A stretch of DNA of 40,850 bases, taken from IMG/VR virus record IMGVR_UViG_3300036520_000019, positions 1 through 40,850 of that record; one strand, written 5' to 3'. Shown here piece by piece: positions 36,248 to 40,850 of the stretch. Every line of letters starts with the position of its first letter. The first letter of the stretch is position 1. Source of the stretch: a virus. Its lineage: Duplodnaviria; Caudoviricetes. The position numbers were made by a program, and so were the translations under genes. The notes under the pieces were generated by a model. It searched no databases, was not told the DNA's origin, and saw only the letters and a list, made by a program, of their open reading frames with translations.

Positions 36248-36648
36248 ACAAACTGACAGCTACAGGCCGGATCGTCGCAGACGCCGAAGTGAAGTATCTC
36301 CCGAATGGCGATGCGCTTGCCAACTTCCGCGTTGCGTCGGATGTGGGCTATGGCGAGAAGAAATCGACCAACTGGTTCAACTGCGCCGTGTTTGGCAAAA
36401 GAGGCGAATCGCTTGCCCCTCATTTGGTCAAGGGCCAGCAAGTGACAATCTTCGGCACATTGACGCTGCGGGAGTGGGTCAACAAGGACGGCGCCAAGCA
36501 GATCAGCCCTGATATTCGCGTGGACGAGATCGAACTGCAGGGCGGCAAGCGGGATGCCGGCGTAGAAACGTACAGCAAGGGCGGTCTCCGCCAGCCAGCG
36601 CCACTCTCGACTCCTGACAACTTTGTAGACACGGATATTCCCTTCTGA
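36244..36648 (+). CDS. ssb: Single-stranded DNA-binding protein
   Basis: OB-fold motifs and acidic C-terminal DIPF. Confidence 0.96.
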   Translation: MNKLTATGRIVADAEVKYLPNGDALANFRVASDVGYGEKKSTNWFNCAVFGKRGESLAPHLVKGQQVTIFGTLTLREWVNKDGAKQISPDIRVDEIELQGGKRDAGVETYSKGGLRQPAPLSTPDNFVDTDIPF

Positions 36649-36650
36649 CC

Positions 36651-36950
36651 ATGCTAGACCTATCCGCCATCCCTGAAGAAATCCGCCTTGCTCGTGGTGA
36701 GTACGCCACGGTGCGAGGCGCACACGAAGACGCCAAACAACGGCTCCAGGCTGTATGCGGTGAAGTGATGGCGGCAGCCCCGAGAATATTGAAATTCGGG
36801 CAAATGGACTCGCCAAACGACGTCCAAGAGGCATTCAACCAGCTCGAATACCTGCGTGTTGTGTCGGCACGTATCGAGAGCAGACTGGAAGAAATTCAAT
36901 CACTGGCCGTGCAAAGGGCTGCATTGAAAGTAAAGGCTTGGAGCAAATGA
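36651..36950 (+). CDS. Hypothetical coiled-coil protein
   Basis: Fills the gap between ssb and ninB; ATGA coupling. Confidence 0.7.
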   Translation: MLDLSAIPEEIRLARGEYATVRGAHEDAKQRLQAVCGEVMAAAPRILKFGQMDSPNDVQEAFNQLEYLRVVSARIESRLEEIQSLAVQRAALKVKAWSK

Positions 36951-37354
36951 ACAAGACGATCACGCTACGCCAAGAATCGAATGCTCAGCAGCTTTGGGCA
37001 TTCCTCCGCACTAACTGGCGAGCAATGGCCGATGCGGGCAAGCCGCTTGCCGTCTCCATCACCGAGGCCAAGAGTAAACGCACGCTCGACCAGAACAAGC
37101 GGCATTGGGCCATCGTGACCGAGATCGCGGAATCGGCGTGGGTTGGTGGCCGGCAGTACAGCAAGGACGCATGGCATGAACTCCTGGCAGACATGTTCGC
37201 GCCGAAGAAGGAGATCACGCTGCCGACTGGCGAAATCAAGCTGGTGCGGATCAGCACATCGGACATGAACGTGACGGAGTTCAGTGCCTTCATGACTCGG
37301 ATCGAATGCTATGCGGCGCAGGAGCTGGGCGTGGAGCTGGGCCATGGAAGCTAA
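36947..37354 (+). CDS. ninB: NinB/YbcN-like recombination protein
   Basis: KRTLDQNKRHWA..EIA..STSDMNVTEFSAFMTRIE..GV. Confidence 0.88.
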   Translation: MNKTITLRQESNAQQLWAFLRTNWRAMADAGKPLAVSITEAKSKRTLDQNKRHWAIVTEIAESAWVGGRQYSKDAWHELLADMFAPKKEITLPTGEIKLVRISTSDMNVTEFSAFMTRIECYAAQELGVELGHGS

Positions 37355-37502
37355 ACACATCGTAGCCCTCGAAGAAATCACCCGGTTATGCGAAGACCAC
37401 ATGCAGCGGGTTCCGACAGCACCGAACCCGACAGTGGTGGCAATCAAGCGAGTGGTAGCCCTTGCGCTGGCGGACGTACCGAAAACGAAGGATGGGAAAT
37501 GA
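37344..37502 (+). CDS. Small hypothetical protein
   Basis: GGAG SD; overlaps neighbours. Confidence 0.55.
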   Translation: MEAKHIVALEEITRLCEDHMQRVPTAPNPTVVAIKRVVALALADVPKTKDGK

Positions 37503-37597
37503 AATCAATCGTAATAGTGACTGCAATGGCGCTGGTGGCGTGGCTGTTCTGGTTCAGCAATGCGGATCTGGCTTTTATGGCGAGAGGATTGCACTGA
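37499..37597 (+). CDS. Small TM peptide
   Basis: ATGA coupling; hydrophobic helix. Confidence 0.5.
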   Translation: MKSIVIVTAMALVAWLFWFSNADLAFMARGLH

Positions 37598-37598
37598 C

Positions 37599-38279
37599 AT
37601 GACCACACCACAAGAAGCATTGAAGCGTGCGCGGGAAGCGTTACTGGCTGTTGAAGCGTATCCAGACATCCGAAGGGAGATCGGCACGGATGTACATGAC
37701 AAAGTTCTTGCCGCCCTTGCCGCTCTCGATAGCGCGCAAGCAGCGCCAGCCGGTGCGCCGGAAGGATGGACGATTGAGCGAGCGGATCAGAAGCTGTTCA
37801 AGGCGATCAAGATAAAAGCGCCTAATGGTTTTACTGCAATAGCGTCCAGTATTGCTATCAATCCTGAAAATGTCTTGTACATGCTGGCCGATGCATTGCT
37901 TGCCGCAGCCCCGCAGCAAGACCCAATGCAGGAATTGGTAGATCAGGCGCAGGCATTGAACATGGGATACGCGCAGCAAGACACCGCGCAGCCAGTAGCG
38001 CATCCCGACGAAAAGATCACGATGACCTATCGACAGTATCTATCGTTGGTAGGTGCGCAAGAAGCGCAGCAGCCTATCGGACAAGTCGTCATTTATGACA
38101 ACGGCCAGCGGTACGACCTTTGCACAACCGGCGAACAACGGGCGCGATTGCTCAAAATGAACGGAATGCCGCTCTACGCCGCTCCACCATCTGCCGCACC
38201 AGCGCATCTCAGCAACTGCGCCACTAGCAACTATCCAGATGGTCCGGTCGGGCCGTGTAGCTGTGGAGCAAAGGGATGA
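37599..38279 (+). CDS. Mosaic hypothetical protein with Ala/Pro/Gln linkers
   Basis: GAGGA SD; PLYAAP motif typical of phage early-region mosaic proteins. Confidence 0.75.
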   Translation: MTTPQEALKRAREALLAVEAYPDIRREIGTDVHDKVLAALAALDSAQAAPAGAPEGWTIERADQKLFKAIKIKAPNGFTAIASSIAINPENVLYMLADALLAAAPQQDPMQELVDQAQALNMGYAQQDTAQPVAHPDEKITMTYRQYLSLVGAQEAQQPIGQVVIYDNGQRYDLCTTGEQRARLLKMNGMPLYAAPPSAAPAHLSNCATSNYPDGPVGPCSCGAKG

Positions 38280-38527
38280 ATATCTACCGCTATCAGTTTG
38301 CAGCGGCTTGCCCTATCAACGATGCGCAGATCATCTACCAACTGACCATTGAGACCACGCACATGATTCACGTTGAGCACATCGTTACGTTTGCGGCTTT
38401 GCACAAAACTGGCTTCCATGAAGATCTTGCCGACAAGTTCTACAACAAGTTTCGCGGTAGGCAAACCATGACAGCGCATCACCATGGCGTGAATATCGAA
38501 ACCATTAGGGGAAAGTCTGATGTTTGA
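38276..38527 (+). CDS. Minimal QueF-like (QueF-L) T-fold protein
   Basis: ACP..Y.LTI, FHEDLAD and HHGV motifs; next to queD-like and dpdA-like genes. Confidence 0.65.
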   Translation: MNIYRYQFAAACPINDAQIIYQLTIETTHMIHVEHIVTFAALHKTGFHEDLADKFYNKFRGRQTMTAHHHGVNIETIRGKSDV

Positions 38528-38924
38528 ACTCTCTCAGGATTTCACCTTCGACGCCGCGCACACCCTCACCCGCGCGGTGCCACTGGCTGAATTTACGCCG
38601 AGCAAACGCGTGCATGGCCACACCTACACCGCCACCGTGACGGTGGCCGGCACCAAAGGCGCCGCCGGCATGCTGGAGTTTTTCACGCTGCCAAAGAACA
38701 AACGGCAAACGGTCGATTTGTTCTACCTGCGCAAAGCCATTGAATCGGTGCGCTCGAAGCTGGATCACCACTTTCTTGACGAAGTTGCCGACCTGGGAGC
38801 GCCCACGCTGGAAAACCTATGCGTGTTTATCTGCGATCAGATCAAGAAAGACATGCCGGTGTCAGCGGTTACGGTACGCCGGATCGGAAGCGGAGATGCA
38901 TGCACGTACAGGGTAAAGCCATGA
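38520..38924 (+). CDS. queD: QueD/PTPS family protein
   Basis: FDAAH, HGHTY, LDHHFL, PTLENL. Confidence 0.9.
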   Translation: MFELSQDFTFDAAHTLTRAVPLAEFTPSKRVHGHTYTATVTVAGTKGAAGMLEFFTLPKNKRQTVDLFYLRKAIESVRSKLDHHFLDEVADLGAPTLENLCVFICDQIKKDMPVSAVTVRRIGSGDACTYRVKP

Positions 38925-39613
38925 CGCTCAAGTACCACGGCACGCCGATTACCCCTATCGAGCAGATCATGCGGATGGTAGGTCGGAATTTCTGTGTGCC
39001 GTACCCTCGCCCTGACGACTTGCGCCGCTGCTTACAGATTGCCTCATCCATCATGTTCGATAACGGCGCCTTTACCTGCAAAACCCAAGGCATCCCGCTC
39101 GACGAGAAAGGTTTTTATGAGTGGGTGGAGCCGATTCTTGGTCACCCGCATTGGGCGGTTGTGCCAGATGTGATTGATGGAAGCGTTGAGTTGCAGAGGG
39201 AAATGACGGCACGCTGGCCTTTCCCCCGCGAGCTGGGCGCTCCGGTTTGGCATCTTGGCCTGCCTATCGACTATTTGCTGGAGTTGACCGACGAATGGCC
39301 GAAAGTCTGTTTCGGATCGGCCGGCAGGTACTGGAACATTAACTCGCCGGAATGGTGCGCCAGGATGGATGAAGCATTCAATGCTCTTGCCAAGCACCGC
39401 ACCAGAATGCCGTGGATTCACGGGCTTCGGATGCTAGGGCAAATGGATCAGGATTGGCCGCTGGCGTCCGCTGACTCCACCAACGTGGCGCAGAACTTCA
39501 AGCGGGACGGCGGCTGCGCGGAGTGCAAGGCGGCAAAGATAGACGCAGTGCAATGCCCAACGCACTGGAACCCACGCGCCGAACAATGCAGTTTGTTCGA
39601 GCAGGCAGCATAA
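38921..39613 (+). CDS. DpdA/TGT-like transglycosylase
   Basis: FDNGAF, PDVI, PVWH, IHGLR, SADST match TGT/DpdA barrel motifs; ATGA coupling to queD. Confidence 0.75.
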   Translation: MTLKYHGTPITPIEQIMRMVGRNFCVPYPRPDDLRRCLQIASSIMFDNGAFTCKTQGIPLDEKGFYEWVEPILGHPHWAVVPDVIDGSVELQREMTARWPFPRELGAPVWHLGLPIDYLLELTDEWPKVCFGSAGRYWNINSPEWCARMDEAFNALAKHRTRMPWIHGLRMLGQMDQDWPLASADSTNVAQNFKRDGGCAECKAAKIDAVQCPTHWNPRAEQCSLFEQAA

Positions 39614-39625
39614 GGAGGCAAACAC

Positions 39626-39847
39626 ATGAGCGCCGTATTCCTTGAAGAATCGGAAATCGTCGTTTTGACCGGACGTAAAATCAAGTCCAAGCAGATTGAA
39701 GCCCTGCGGAAGATGGGCCTGCCCTTTTTTGTTAACGCAGTCGGCAAGCCGATCGTGACGCGTTCGGCAGCAGAAGGTCGCAAAGAGCAGCAAATGCCAA
39801 CCAAGTGGGAGATGCCACGCCATGGGTCGAAAGCCAAGCAAGCATAG
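39626..39847 (+). CDS. Excisionase (DUF4224-like)
   Basis: FL..EI..LTGRK..QIEALRKMGLPF.VN..GKPIV; AAGGAGG SD; overlaps int. Confidence 0.85.
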   Translation: MSAVFLEESEIVVLTGRKIKSKQIEALRKMGLPFFVNAVGKPIVTRSAAEGRKEQQMPTKWEMPRHGSKAKQA

Positions 39848-40850
39848 CAACTTGCCCCCGCACATGCGCAGACGGGCGCAAAAGTCGGGCAAGGTCTATT
39901 ACTACTTCGATACGGGTGAAAAGCCGCGCCGGGAAATTCCGCTAGGCGATGACTATATTGCAGCGCTGCAAAAGTATGCGGAGCTGCGCCGGAACGTCGA
40001 GGTGGCCGCAACCGTGTTCGGTGATGTGATTGACCGGTACGTGCGCGACGTTCTGCCTACCCTCGCCCGAAATACGATAAAGACGCATACCAGCGACATG
40101 AAGCACATCCGGTTTTCGTTCAGTACCGCCCCGATTGACCAGATCCGCCCGATGCACATTCAAGCCTTTCTGGAGGATCACCGGGACAAGCCGACCACGG
40201 CAAACCGTTGCAAGCGGCTGTTTTCCACGCTTTGGAACCATGCGCGGGGATGGGGTTATACGGACGAGCCGAACCCATGCACCGGCATCATGGGCCATTC
40301 CATCGAAAAGAAGACCGCCTATGTGACCGATACGGTATTTAACGCGGTACGGGACTGCGCCAGCGATGCGCTTAAAGATGCGCTTGATCTGGCTTACCTC
40401 ACCGGCCAGCGGCCCGCCGACACCCTCAAGATGCGCGGCAGCGACATTGCCAACGGGTTCCTGGAGATTAGCCAGGGCAAGACAAAGAAACGGCTGCGTA
40501 TCTCGATTACCGGGGCGCTGGCCGAATTGCTTGGCAGGATTGCGGTACGGAAGGCGCAGCACAAGATTATCCACGACCAACTTCTGATGAATCGGGACGG
40601 CAAACCGTTCACTCAGCCAGCATTACGGAGCCACTTTGACGCAGCACGTAAGGCGGCGAAATTGAAGCATCCGAAGCTGGCGGCACAGATCGACAACTTC
40701 AAGTTTCGGGATTTGCGGGCCAAGGCAGCGGATGACACGTCCGACCAGCGTGGACAGCAGGCGGCAAGCGATCTTTTGGGCCATGACAACGTGAAAACGA
40801 CGCAACGGCACTACCTGCGTCGGGGTAAAATTGTCGAGCCGACGAAGTGA
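39822..40850 (+). CDS. int: Tyrosine integrase
   Basis: LTGQRPAD, KT, FRDLRAK, LLGH..TT..HY catalytic motifs. Confidence 0.96.
   Translation: MGRKPSKHSNLPPHMRRRAQKSGKVYYYFDTGEKPRREIPLGDDYIAALQKYAELRRNVEVAATVFGDVIDRYVRDVLPTLARNTIKTHTSDMKHIRFSFSTAPIDQIRPMHIQAFLEDHRDKPTTANRCKRLFSTLWNHARGWGYTDEPNPCTGIMGHSIEKKTAYVTDTVFNAVRDCASDALKDALDLAYLTGQRPADTLKMRGSDIANGFLEISQGKTKKRLRISITGALAELLGRIAVRKAQHKIIHDQLLMNRDGKPFTQPALRSHFDAARKAAKLKHPKLAAQIDNFKFRDLRAKAADDTSDQRGQQAASDLLGHDNVKTTQRHYLRRGKIVEPTK

Larger units (their letters stand above)
1..40850. mobile_element. Lambdoid HK97-type temperate phage/prophage, near complete; att sites not identified
   Basis: Full ordered set of modules: lysis, tail, head, packaging, Q, replication, cro/cI, recombination, xis/int. 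Confidence 0.97.

Noticed and set aside
1-40850. attL/attR direct repeats
   Set aside because: Window starts at an ATG and ends at the int stop codon, so att sites are probably outside; no matching terminal repeat seen

Overview
The window is an essentially complete lambdoid (HK97-type, cos-packaging) temperate siphophage/prophage, probably from a Betaproteobacterium (inferred from the CTGT-N8-ACAG LexA box and the gene families). Left to right: three small + strand genes; a convergent low-GC GT2 glycosyltransferase/FkbM methyltransferase pair; a minus-strand late operon (lysis, tail with a -1 frameshifted chaperone, head-tail joining, an extra 4-5 gene head-fibre-like block, capsid, Clp protease, portal, terminase, HNH); Q-like, nin and replication genes; cII/YdaT-like, cro/YdaS-like and cI genes; an AT-rich immunity-region insert; and the pL early operon ending in xis/int. 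Main points of interest: (1) a three-gene 7-deazaguanine-type cluster (QueF-like, QueD-like, DpdA/TGT-like) in which both T-fold enzymes lack a canonical catalytic residue; (2) a peptidase-less CI paired with a convergent, SOS-box-controlled 59-aa ORF resembling the CI C-terminus (candidate mimic antirepressor); (3) a HigB/HigA-like pair with a third non-SecB gene; (4) a LamG-tipped protein with nine 14/17-aa repeats in the head module; (5) several structured non-coding elements, including a leader motif shared by the pL and pR' transcripts. All family assignments come from motif recognition by eye; no searches were run.
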